Assembly (NCBI GenBank): GCA_002792915.1
Contig: PFPF01000020.1
Coordinates: forward strand, 1-30,522
Source of the DNA: Candidatus Micrarchaeota archaeon CG_4_10_14_0_2_um_filter_60_11
GTDB taxonomy: Archaea > Micrarchaeota > Micrarchaeia > Norongarragalinales > Norongarragalinaceae
Direction of reading: 5' to 3'
DNA length: 30,522 nucleotides
This document shows, in pieces, positions 1-7,278 of the stretch (position 1 is its first letter; each line of letters begins with the position of its first letter). The notes under the pieces were generated by a model. That model was given only the letters and a program-made list of their open reading frames with translations. It made no database searches and had not been told where the DNA came from. A program made the position numbers and the translations under genes.

Positions 1-44
1 GAAAGCGGGTTTTTTAGGCGTTCGGGAGGTGGCTGCCGGTGCGT

Positions 45-488
45 TCAGCGCTTTTTGGTTATGGCCGCCTTGATTGCCTGGACGAGTTTGCCGGCTTTTT
101 CTATGGCGTTCGACGCCTCGCTTGGCGCCACGGATTCGGCTTCGCCGTACACCACGCCGTGGCGGCGGGTGCGGTAGCGGCCGAACGCCGAAGTCAGCGG
201 CGCCGTCTCGGCGGGCAGGACGGCGGCGCAGAATTGGACGACCGCCAAATGATGCGAATCGCTGGACGCCTTGTAGCCTTTTGAAGCCATTAACGCGATT
301 CCAGCGGTGAGCATGGCGTTGTAGGCGATTGCAAGCGCCCAGTCGGGATGGCTTTCCAGGTTGTCCGCGGCTGCTTTCAAGTCGGATTCCGCCTTGTCAA
401 GCAGCGGCCGGCATTGGCCGGGCGGCAAAGCCTCGATTTTCTTAACGTCGCCCTTGTCCAGCAATTCGCTCAAATTCACGCTCGTCAC
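45..488 (-). CDS. HEPN-domain protein, putative toxin of an MNT-HEPN pair
   Basis: 147 aa, all-helical. C-terminal R-x5-H motif (GRYRTRRHGVVYGE). Overlaps the upstream MNT gene by 47 nt, the classic MNT-HEPN arrangement. Confidence 0.6.
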   Translation of the reverse strand: MTSVNLSELLDKGDVKKIEALPPGQCRPLLDKAESDLKAAADNLESHPDWALAIAYNAMLTAGIALMASKGYKASSDSHHLAVVQFCAAVLPAETAPLTSAFGRYRTRRHGVVYGEAESVAPSEASNAIEKAGKLVQAIKAAITKKR

Positions 489-1023
489 CCTTCAGCCAAA
501 CGCGGTGCTTGGCGGCGTTCTTGAAGAACCCGCCCTTGGCTTTCGCCGGCAACTCGCCGCGCTTCCATAGAATCCAGTTGATTTCGCGGTTCGTGCGCTT
601 CTGCGGCTTGGCGAGCGCGGCGTCCAGCGCCTCCTCGCCCAGGTCGCCTATCACGAGGACGTCCACGTCGCTTTTCTCGCCGTAATCGCCTTTGGCGAAG
701 CTGCCGTAAACGAAGGCGTAATCAACGCCTTCGACACGATTCAAGGCAGCCGCGATTTGCCCTATCACGCCCTCGGTCTTCAGGTAAAGCTGCCTTAATT
801 CCGCAAGGAACGGGCAGGCGGGGTTCGCGCGGAACAAGACGAGGTTGCCCTTGGCTTCGCGCGTCAAGACGCCCATGGCGACCAAATTGTCAAGCTCGCG
901 CTTGGCCTCGAAAGGCGAGACTCCCGCTTGCGCGGCAACGCCCCGCAAGTGCAAGCCGTCTTCGAACAGAACCGCGCCCAACACCTTGACCTCGGACCCC
1001 GACTTCAGCAAAGCTTCCAACAT
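442..1023 (-). CDS. Minimal nucleotidyltransferase (MNT) with N-terminal winged HTH, putative antitoxin partner of HEPN
   Basis: 193 aa. Pol-beta-type NTase signature YGSFAKGDYGEKSDVDVLVIG (GS...D.D). N-terminal wHTH-like segment. Confidence 0.65.
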   Translation of the reverse strand: MLEALLKSGSEVKVLGAVLFEDGLHLRGVAAQAGVSPFEAKRELDNLVAMGVLTREAKGNLVLFRANPACPFLAELRQLYLKTEGVIGQIAAALNRVEGVDYAFVYGSFAKGDYGEKSDVDVLVIGDLGEEALDAALAKPQKRTNREINWILWKRGELPAKAKGGFFKNAAKHRVWLKGDEREFERIAGQGRR

Positions 1024-1061
1024 GTTAAATTTAAGTTAACAATCGTTAATTTAAAGTTAAC
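1024..1061. promoter_or_regulatory. AT-rich direct/palindromic repeat (TTTAAGTTAAC ... TTTAAAGTTAAC) upstream of the MNT-HEPN operon, putative operator plus TATA region
   Basis: Two copies of TTTAA(A)GTTAAC at 1030-1040 and 1050-1061, separated by AATCGTTAA, immediately upstream of the minus-strand MNT start at 1023. Confidence 0.35.
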
Positions 1062-1126
1062 GGTTGCCCTGCCAGCGAATCAGTTCGGCGCGGTTAAAAG
1101 GCGTTCTGGGGGGTGATTGCCGGTGG

Positions 1127-1393
1127 CTAGAAGTATTGCCGGTACCATCGCTCGTAATCCTTGTGGTTTCCCACGAAATAGAACCGGACCGCGTTGGTTT
1201 CGTCGAAAACCCGGTAAACTATGCGTTGTTGCCCGATTTCGTCGACGAAGAAGCGGGCGTTGCCTTTCAAGTGCCTTTTCTCCGGGTTCGAAAGGATTTT
1301 GCTTATTTTCTTTGCGACGCGCTCCTTCGTTTCCTCGTCGAGTTTCCCGTAGTGCTTCGGCCATTCCTCGGTGAAAGCGGGTAGGTAAGGAAT
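1127..1393 (-). CDS. RelE/ParE-family type II toxin (start codon not canonical, coordinates approximate)
   Basis: Manual minus-strand translation: ...YLPAFTEEWPKHYGKLDEETKERVAKKISKILSNPEKRHLKGNARFFVDEIGQQRIVYRVFDETNAVRFYFVGNHKDYERWYRQYF*. Stop codon at 1127-1129. No ATG/GTG/TTG in frame after the upstream stop, only ATT at 1391-1393. Lies directly downstream of the RHH gene. The ORF track missed it. Confidence 0.55.
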   Translation of the reverse strand: MPYLPAFTEEWPKHYGKLDEETKERVAKKISKILSNPEKRHLKGNARFFVDEIGQQRIVYRVFDETNAVRFYFVGNHKDYERWYRQYF

Positions 1394-1400
1394 GGGTGTA

Positions 1401-1643
1401 TCACTTCAAGTGCTTGGCGTGCCGGCCCAGGGCTTGCTCCGCGTTCAGCGTCCTGCTTTTGCCGTTGCTTATGTCCCGGTCTATTGCGTCGAGTTTCCGG
1501 TTGACCATTTCGGTTTCGTTCAAGTAATTATTCCCGAAATCGATGAGCGCCAGGCGGATTGCCTCGGACTGCGAGTTCGCGTAACCCGTTTGGACTATGG
1601 CCTGCACGATTTCCTTGGTCTTGCCCCTCAAAATCACGTTCAT
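1401..1643 (-). CDS. Ribbon-helix-helix antitoxin (RelB/ParD/CopG-like)
   Basis: 80 aa. N-terminal beta-strand then helix (MNVILRGKTKEIVQAIVQTGYANSQSEAIRLAL). Immediately upstream of the RelE-like ORF. Confidence 0.6.
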   Translation of the reverse strand: MNVILRGKTKEIVQAIVQTGYANSQSEAIRLALIDFGNNYLNETEMVNRKLDAIDRDISNGKSRTLNAEQALGRHAKHLK

Positions 1644-1676
1644 TTACAAAACACCAAACAAATATCCAAGTAATGA

Positions 1677-1684
1677 TTTAAATA
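1677..1684 (-). promoter_or_regulatory. TATA-box-like element (TTTAAATA) about 35 nt upstream of the RHH-RelE operon start
   Basis: AT-rich box in the intergenic region above the minus-strand start at 1643. Confidence 0.3.
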
Positions 1685-1705
1685 TGCGCCGTTTATGCTT
1701 CAAAA

Positions 1706-2062
1706 TCAATCATATTCCTTGGTTTTCCGCCTCCTTTGCGGGAAGCGCGTCCGAGTTCGAGACGCCGTTGTCATTGTGTTTTTAGGCCGTTTTTTGTACT
1801 TTTTGTCGAGGAGCTTGTAATCGGGTTCCTCGGCGTTCGCGTAAGCCAAGTGCGGGCAATTTTTTTCCAGGCAAGCGTAATTCGGGGTGTTCTCGCAATA
1901 ACCGGGTTTCCTCGGAGTCCGGTAATTCGAGTCGTAATTCTTGTTTTCGACTTTTTCAAATGAGCCGTTTTTCAGCCGTTTGTAAAGGTACTTGCTTCTT
2001 GTAGTGCTCCACTTGCGCGCGCAATACGCTTCTAGTATGATGTGCGTCCAAACCATAGACAA
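1706..2062 (-). CDS. Hypothetical Lys/Cys-rich small protein (possible zinc-binding) in a lower-GC stretch
   Basis: 118-aa ORF with a C-x6-C-x4-C-x-H cluster. Region 1650-2150 is noticeably AT-richer than its surroundings. No recognisable family. Confidence 0.3.
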   Translation of the reverse strand: MSMVWTHIILEAYCARKWSTTRSKYLYKRLKNGSFEKVENKNYDSNYRTPRKPGYCENTPNYACLEKNCPHLAYANAEEPDYKLLDKKYKKRPKNTMTTASRTRTRFPQRRRKTKEYD

Positions 2063-2117
2063 TCGTTCGCAAACGCGTTTTTTAAGCGGTTCGGGACGTC
2101 GCTTCCAGTGGGAGGTG

Positions 2118-2140
2118 AAAACAAAAAAAACGAAAAAAGA
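2118..2140 (-). terminator. Oligo-T tract (on the minus strand) downstream of the histone-fold gene
   Basis: Plus strand shows A8 and A6 runs at 2123-2138, which are T-runs on the coding (minus) strand just past the stop at 2151. Archaeal oligo-T terminator. Confidence 0.4.
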
Positions 2141-2150
2141 ATTAGACGGC

Positions 2151-2339
2151 TTACAGGTCGTAGGGCATGACGGTCTGGCGCTTGTTCTCCTTCGCGCGCA
2201 CTATCGCCATGTCCAGCTTCTTGGCTACGAGCTCGGAAACCTTGTCGTACGACGCGCCCGAGAAGCGCATGTTCTTCTTCTTGATGTACTCGCCGACGGC
2301 GGACTTGACTGCCAACATTGAAGCCATTCCACTAACCAC
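2151..2339 (-). CDS. Small histone-fold protein (archaeal histone / DUF1931-like)
   Basis: 62 aa. Helix-loop-long-helix pattern AVKSAVGEYIKKK-NMRFSG-ASYDKVSELVAKKLDMAIVRAKENKRQTVMPYDL resembles histone-fold alpha1-L1-alpha2, with an RxT...D C-terminal motif like HMf-type histones. Confidence 0.45.
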   Translation of the reverse strand: MVSGMASMLAVKSAVGEYIKKKNMRFSGASYDKVSELVAKKLDMAIVRAKENKRQTVMPYDL

Positions 2340-2379
2340 CTCTCAAAACGGAACGAAAACGGGTTTTAAAAGCGTTTTC

Positions 2380-2781
2380 TTAGTGCTTCCTGCCGCGGGC
2401 GAGGAGGAGTTCGCGGAGTTCTTTGGACTTCATTTTGAGGATGTCCTCGCGGCTTTCGACGCCTTCCCAAGGTATGCTGAGCTTGACGGCGGCCACTCTT
2501 CCCAAAGGGCTTTCCTGCTCGAAAAAGGGCGCGATTCTGGAGATTTTCTGGAGGAAGCGCCTATGGGCTTCGGCCCTGTCATCGAAATCGTCAGGAGTCT
2601 CGAACTCTACCGGCTTCGTCGAAACGTACTCCAGCGGAATTTCGTGGTAGAGCACCAGTTTTTTGGGTTCCCGCGTGGCTTGAAAATACCAGTTCGGGCC
2701 AGGTATTGCTCCTTCTTGGTGCGCGGCCTCTAGTATGGCCTTGTGCTGCTCCCACTCCAACAAGCCGGGTTTTTCCCGCAT
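2380..2781 (-). CDS. Hypothetical protein
   Basis: 133-aa ORF with normal amino acid composition. No recognisable motif. Confidence 0.4.
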   Translation of the reverse strand: MREKPGLLEWEQHKAILEAAHQEGAIPGPNWYFQATREPKKLVLYHEIPLEYVSTKPVEFETPDDFDDRAEAHRRFLQKISRIAPFFEQESPLGRVAAVKLSIPWEGVESREDILKMKSKELRELLLARGRKH

Positions 2782-2803
2782 TCGATTTTCACCCGAACAT
2801 TAC

Positions 2804-2923
2804 TGCGGCGACCGGGAGTCGAACCCGGGTCTCGAGCTTTCCTCGCTTTCTAGCGCAGGTCTTTGCCAAAAGGCAAAGAAGTGCCTTGGAAGGCTCGAAT
2901 CATAACCGTTGGACCATCGCCGC
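2804..2923 (-). tRNA. tRNA-Gly (anticodon UCC) with a roughly 48-nt intron at the canonical 37/38 position
   Basis: Minus strand reads GCGGCGA...TCGCCGC-A, a 7-bp acceptor stem. T-arm is CCGGG-TTCGACT-CCCGG. Anticodon stem CGAGC/GCTCG encloses the loop CTTCCA|A, giving anticodon TCC. The intron contains the hairpin CTTTGCC-TTTT-GGCAAAG. Exonic length is 72 nt. Confidence 0.7.
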
Positions 2924-3068
2924 TTCCGTTTACCGCGCAGCGGGGTTTTTGACCGGCCTTTTTCTGAAAAAGGTCGCGTCTCGACCATCGCCGCGTTGAT
3001 GGCAAATAGTTTATCGTGCCGCAGGTTTTTTAACTCGGCGGGCGTAACCCCCTGCGGGTGTCTTTGCT

Positions 3069-4130
3069 TTGGAAATACTCGGTTACTCGTTCAGCGGGCT
3101 GAAGGTCCTGTTCACGCTCGCCGCGATTGTCGCGAGCGCGGTCGTGGCGGAAGTCTTGCTCCGCGTCTTCGAGCGCGTGTTCAAGTCGCTCGCGGCCAAG
3201 ACCAAGACCACGCTTGACGACCGGCTCGTGGAGGCCGAGCACGGCCCCCTGCGCCTGCTCATAATAATCCCGGGCACCTACCTGGCTCTCGTCTACTTTT
3301 ACGGCACTTACGCCGTGCTCGAGCGGCCGCTCGAGTTCTGGTTCGGGCTCGCCCTCATAATCGGGTTCGGGCATTTGGCCGCGAACGTGGTGAGCGCGTT
3401 CATGCGCTGGTACGCCAACGAGGTGAGCGGCGCCAGGCCCAAGGCGGACGTTTTCCCGATTGCGCGCAAGATAGTCAAGCTGACGGTTTACCTCGCGACC
3501 GCGATAATCGTCCTGCAGGAGCTGGGCGTGGAAATCGGGCCCCTGCTCGCGGGGCTGGGCATCGCGGGCTTGGCGGTAGCCCTCGCGCTGCAGTCAACGC
3601 TCGCGAACTTCTTTTCCGGCGTCTACCTGCTGAGCGACAAGCCGGTGCGGGTGGGCGACTACGTTTCCATCGACTCGGAAACTTCGGGGGTCAGCGGGAC
3701 CGTAAGGGAAATCGGCTGGCGGACCACGAAGGTGCAGACGCTCGGCAACGTCATATTCGTGCTACCCAACGAGAAGGTAGCCAACTCGGTGATAGTGAAT
3801 TACTCCAGCTCCAGGGACGCGGGCAGGAGCGTTATCTTCGAAGTCGGAGTGGACTACGAAAGCGACCCGGACAAGGTCGTAAAGCTCCTCAAGCAGGCGG
3901 TGGTGAACGCGGCGAAGAAGAACGAGGCGATAGTCAAGGACTACAAGCCCATCGCGCGCTTCGAGAACTTCGGGGACTCCGCGCTGTCGTTCAAGCTGAT
4001 ATTCCAGGTGACGAGCCACGTTGACCGCTGGGCCGCGGAAGCGCAGGTAAAGCGCGAGCTGCTGGACTTGTTCAGGAAGAACAAGGTCTCGGTGCCGTTC
4101 CCGGTGCGCACCGTGCACTTGAAGCGCTAG
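3069..4130 (+). CDS. mscS: Small-conductance mechanosensitive channel (MscS family)
   Basis: 353 aa. N-terminal TM helices followed by a typical MscS beta-domain (VRVGDYVSIDSETSGVSGTVREIGWRTTKVQTLGNVIFVLPNEKV). The only start codon in frame after the upstream stop is TTG. Confidence 0.85.
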   Translation: MEILGYSFSGLKVLFTLAAIVASAVVAEVLLRVFERVFKSLAAKTKTTLDDRLVEAEHGPLRLLIIIPGTYLALVYFYGTYAVLERPLEFWFGLALIIGFGHLAANVVSAFMRWYANEVSGARPKADVFPIARKIVKLTVYLATAIIVLQELGVEIGPLLAGLGIAGLAVALALQSTLANFFSGVYLLSDKPVRVGDYVSIDSETSGVSGTVREIGWRTTKVQTLGNVIFVLPNEKVANSVIVNYSSSRDAGRSVIFEVGVDYESDPDKVVKLLKQAVVNAAKKNEAIVKDYKPIARFENFGDSALSFKLIFQVTSHVDRWAAEAQVKRELLDLFRKNKVSVPFPVRTVHLKR

Positions 4131-4600
4131 CCGACTTTGGCGAGCACGGCGACGTAATTCTTGCCGTACTTCTTGGCGCACTTGGGGCACGTCGTGTACC
4201 ACATGAACGTCCTGCCGGGCTTGAAGCCCTTGCGCTCCGCGAAAGCGGCGAAGTCCTTCATCCACTTGCCCGCGTCCGAGAAGGACCCCTCGAAAACCTT
4301 GCACAAGTATTTCCCGCTAAGCACGGCGTTCTCGACGCCCGGAACGTTGCGGTTGACGCCCACGTAAACGTCCATGCCCCACAATGACTCGCCTTCAGCC
4401 AGGCACATCGCGTCGGGCGTTTTCGCCTTGACCGCCTCGATTTTGGCCATTAGGCGCGTCATCACGCCCCCGAAGTTCACGGGGATGTGGAAAAGCGCCA
4501 AAACGCGGGCCCTGACGAAGCGCTTGTCCTTCCAGACCAGGACCTTGCCGTCCCACTTCTTGGGGTCGAACGGCGGGCAGCATACTGCTTCCTTGGCCAT
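4127..4600 (-). CDS. Hypothetical protein with N- and C-terminal Cys pairs (CC ... CPKC, possible Zn site), probably co-transcribed with glyS
   Basis: 157-aa ORF directly downstream of GlyRS on the same strand with a 10-nt gap. Confidence 0.45.
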   Translation of the reverse strand: MAKEAVCCPPFDPKKWDGKVLVWKDKRFVRARVLALFHIPVNFGGVMTRLMAKIEAVKAKTPDAMCLAEGESLWGMDVYVGVNRNVPGVENAVLSGKYLCKVFEGSFSDAGKWMKDFAAFAERKGFKPGRTFMWYTTCPKCAKKYGKNYVAVLAKVG

Positions 4601-4610
4601 AACAAGTCAC

Positions 4611-6047
4611 CTATCCGATTTTTTCGCGCAACTCGGTTATCTTCACGCGCTCCTGCTTGGCAGTGTCGCGGGCGCGGAGAGTAACCGTGCCGTCCTCGAG
4701 CGTCTGGTAGTCCACGGTCACGCAGAAAGGCGTGCCCGCCTCGTCCGCGCGCGCGTACCGTTTTCCAATGCTCCCGCTTTCGTCGTACTCGACGGCCAAG
4801 CCCTTCAGCAAGCCGAAGGCCTCGCGGGCTTTTTCGGCGATTCCATCCTTCTTGACTAGCGGGAAGACGCAGGCGAGCGTGGGCGCGATTGAAGCCTCCA
4901 GTGAAAGAACGGTTTTCTTCTCGCTCTTCTCTTCCTTCTCGTTGAAGGCTTGCGTAAGTATGGCAAACAGGAGTCGGTCGATTCCGCCGGACGGCTCGAT
5001 TACGCGCGGCACGAACTTCTTGCCCAAGCCGTCGCACAGGGACAAATCCTTGCCGGACGCTTTGGCGTGCGAATCAATGTCGAAAGTGCCGCGTTCGGCT
5101 ATGCCCAGCAATTCCTTCCAGCCCCATTCCGCGTAAAGGAACTCGACGTCCCACGTATCCGACGAATAATGCGACAATTCTTTCTTCACGTGCTGGCGCA
5201 CGCGCAAGTCGCGCAGCCCAAGGCCGCGCAGCCAATCAAGGTATTCACCCAGCCAGTATTGCATCCACTTGGACGCGGGAAGCGTGGAAATCTTCGTAAG
5301 CTTGGCTTCGCGCTTTGCCGCCTCGTCCTCGGCGGTCAAAGCGAGCACTTCACCGTCGCGTATTTCGAACGGGCACTCGTCGTTATAGAAGTATTCCAAC
5401 TCGTACTGCGTGAACTCGCGGCACCTGAACACGAATTGGCGCGGCGCGATTTCGTTGCGGAATGCCTTCCCCAGTTGCGCGATTCCGAAAGGCGGCTGTA
5501 GGCGCGCCGCCAACGCGAGCGTCTTGTAGTCCGTAAAGATGAGCTGCGCGGTTTCCGGCCGCAGGTAGGCTTCGGAAGACTCGTCGGCTGTGGCGCCCGC
5601 GTGCGTCTTGAACATCAAATTGAACGGCTCGCCTATTGCCAGCTCGCCCTTGCACTTCGGGCACTTGAGGCTGTGCTTCTTCACGAGTTCGCGCAGCGCT
5701 TCCAGCGACTCGCCCTCGACCTCGGCGCCCAGTTCTTGTTTAATCAGGTGGTCTGCGCGCTCGCGGAACTTGCACTTCTTGCATTCCACAAGCGGGTCGT
5801 TGAACGCGGCAAGGTGCCCGCTGGCTTCCCAGACTTTGCGCGGCGTCAGGACGCAGCCGTCCATTCCGGCAACGTCCTCGCGGTTGCGCACGAAACGCTG
5901 CCACCACGAGTTTTCCACGTTGCGCTTGAGCTGCGCGCCGAGCGGTCCGTAGTTGTAAAACCCGGCGGGCGAGCCGTACAGCTCGCTTGAGGGATAGATT
6001 ACGCGGCGGCGCGCGCAGAGATTGACAACCGAATCGATTTTGTTCAT
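4611..6047 (-). CDS. glyS: Glycyl-tRNA synthetase, archaeal/eukaryal-type class II
   Basis: 478 aa. YPSSELYGSPAGFYNYGPLGAQLKRNV near the N-terminus, Zn-ribbon-like insert CKKCK...CPKCKG, motif 2/3 regions FRNEIAPRQFVFRCREFTQYELEYF, and a C-terminal anticodon-binding domain. Confidence 0.95.
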   Translation of the reverse strand: MNKIDSVVNLCARRRVIYPSSELYGSPAGFYNYGPLGAQLKRNVENSWWQRFVRNREDVAGMDGCVLTPRKVWEASGHLAAFNDPLVECKKCKFRERADHLIKQELGAEVEGESLEALRELVKKHSLKCPKCKGELAIGEPFNLMFKTHAGATADESSEAYLRPETAQLIFTDYKTLALAARLQPPFGIAQLGKAFRNEIAPRQFVFRCREFTQYELEYFYNDECPFEIRDGEVLALTAEDEAAKREAKLTKISTLPASKWMQYWLGEYLDWLRGLGLRDLRVRQHVKKELSHYSSDTWDVEFLYAEWGWKELLGIAERGTFDIDSHAKASGKDLSLCDGLGKKFVPRVIEPSGGIDRLLFAILTQAFNEKEEKSEKKTVLSLEASIAPTLACVFPLVKKDGIAEKAREAFGLLKGLAVEYDESGSIGKRYARADEAGTPFCVTVDYQTLEDGTVTLRARDTAKQERVKITELREKIG

Positions 6048-6076
6048 TTAAAAGAATTTTTCGCGAACGCGTTTAT

Positions 6077-6083
6077 TAAGCAA
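6077..6083 (+). promoter_or_regulatory. TATA-box-like element (TTTAAAT) upstream of nop5
   Basis: About 45-50 nt upstream of the ATG at 6130. An AGGTGG Shine-Dalgarno-like motif lies 8 nt before that ATG. Confidence 0.3.
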
Positions 6084-6129
6084 CCCTTTAAATGTGCGGA
6101 CGGATAAAACAGTTAAGGTGGTTCAGCTA

Positions 6130-7278
6130 ATGGCTTACGGTCGCAAACCCTTCAGAAAGGGCCAGAAATCTTATGGCGAGAGGCGCCCGCAAAGGGAAGG
6201 CGCCGCACCGCGCAGGGAAGGTTATGCACCGCGACGCGAAGGCAGTTTTGCGCCGCGCAGGGAAGGTTACGGCGACAGGCGTCCTGCTCCGCGTGCGGGT
6301 TACGGCGAACGAAGGGAGGGCTTTGCACCGAGGCGCGAAGGCGGCTTTGCCAAGCGCCCGATGAACCCCAATTTTGCCCCGCGGCCGGAGGGTTTCGACA
6401 AGAGGCCGCCGCGCCGCGAGTACGCGAAGAGGCGCGAGGCTTTCGAAACGGGACGCGAGGACCGCTATTCGCCCAAGGGATTCGACCGCGGCCGCTTCCT
6501 GCAAAAGGCCAAGGCGGGAGTGCAAAAGGCTTACACGAAGCCCGATGCGCCGCTGGTGCAGGCAACGCGCGCGATTGACGACTTAGACCAATCGAAGTCG
6601 CTATTGTACCAGCGGCTTTGTGAATGGGTGCAAATCAATTTCCCGGAGATGGACCTCAAGAACGAGGAAACCGTCTGCATGCTTTACGCCGAGTTCGGCG
6701 ACCGCAAGCTGTTCGACGACGACAAGGTATTCCAGATGATGGGCAGCGAGCGGGGGAAAGAAATTCTCGCGCTTGCGAAAAAGAGCTTCGGCGGCGACTT
6801 CTCGGACGAGGACCGCAAGGCGGTTTCGACGCTCGCGGCGCGCGTGCTCGAACTTTTCAAGGCCCGCACGGAACTGCAGGCTTACGTCGAGGGAAAGGCG
6901 AGGAAGGAGATGCCGAACGTCTGCGAGCTGGTGGACCCGCTGTTGGCTGCGCGCCTGTTGAGTTTGGCGGGCAACTTGAAGAACTTGTCCGAAATGCCGG
7001 CCTCGACCGTACAGGTAATCGGCGCGGAGAACGCCTTGTTCAAGCACTTGAAGGACAAGCGCCGCGTTTCGCCGCCCAAGCACGGCATAATCTTCCAGTC
7101 GCCGCTGATTAACGGCGCGCCGTTCAGCCAGCGCGGGAAAATCGCCCGCGCCTTGGCGACCAAGCTGAGCATCGCCGCGCGCGCGGACTATTACACCAAA
7201 CGCGACATTTCGCCAAAGCTCAAGGCGGACCTGGAGAAGCGCCTGAAGGAAATCCGCGAAGGCGACAAGGCGGAGTGA
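6130..7278 (+). CDS. nop5: Nop5 (Nop56/58) box C/D snoRNP protein, atypical: N-terminal Arg/Gly-rich repeat region plus NOSIC and NOP domains only
   Basis: NOSIC/NOP signature LLYQRLCEWVQINFPEM ... LLAARLLSLAGNLKNLSEMPASTVQVIGAENALFKHLKDKRRVSPPKHGIIFQSPLI ... GKIARALATKLSIAARADYY. The first roughly 130 aa are APRREG(Y/F) repeats. The track calls a GTG start at 6094. I prefer ATG 6130, which has a Shine-Dalgarno motif. Confidence 0.85.
   Translation: MAYGRKPFRKGQKSYGERRPQREGAAPRREGYAPRREGSFAPRREGYGDRRPAPRAGYGERREGFAPRREGGFAKRPMNPNFAPRPEGFDKRPPRREYAKRREAFETGREDRYSPKGFDRGRFLQKAKAGVQKAYTKPDAPLVQATRAIDDLDQSKSLLYQRLCEWVQINFPEMDLKNEETVCMLYAEFGDRKLFDDDKVFQMMGSERGKEILALAKKSFGGDFSDEDRKAVSTLAARVLELFKARTELQAYVEGKARKEMPNVCELVDPLLAARLLSLAGNLKNLSEMPASTVQVIGAENALFKHLKDKRRVSPPKHGIIFQSPLINGAPFSQRGKIARALATKLSIAARADYYTKRDISPKLKADLEKRLKEIREGDKAE
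6190..6480 (+). repeat. In-frame tandem repeats of about 24-36 nt encoding APRREG(Y/F)-type Arg/Gly-rich units at the 5' end of nop5
   Basis: Nucleotide repeats gcaccgcgcagggaaggttat, gcgccgcgcagggaaggttac, gcaccgcgacgcgaaggcagtttt and gcaccgaggcgcgaaggcggcttt. They translate to PRREGYA, PRREGSFA, PRREGYGDRRPA, PRAGYGERREGFA and PRREGGFAKR. Confidence 0.7.

Noticed and set aside
1064-1384. Plus-strand 106-aa and 85-aa ORFs and a minus-strand 94-aa ORF between the MNT and RHH genes
   Set aside because: A different minus-strand frame gives a clean RelE/ParE-family protein. The listed ORFs have no family resemblance and are Arg-rich.
3762-5037. 180-aa and 186-aa minus-strand Arg-rich ORFs overlapping the mscS 3' end, the Cys4 hypothetical and glyS
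   Set aside because: Overlap well-supported genes in other frames with a biased R/G/H composition.
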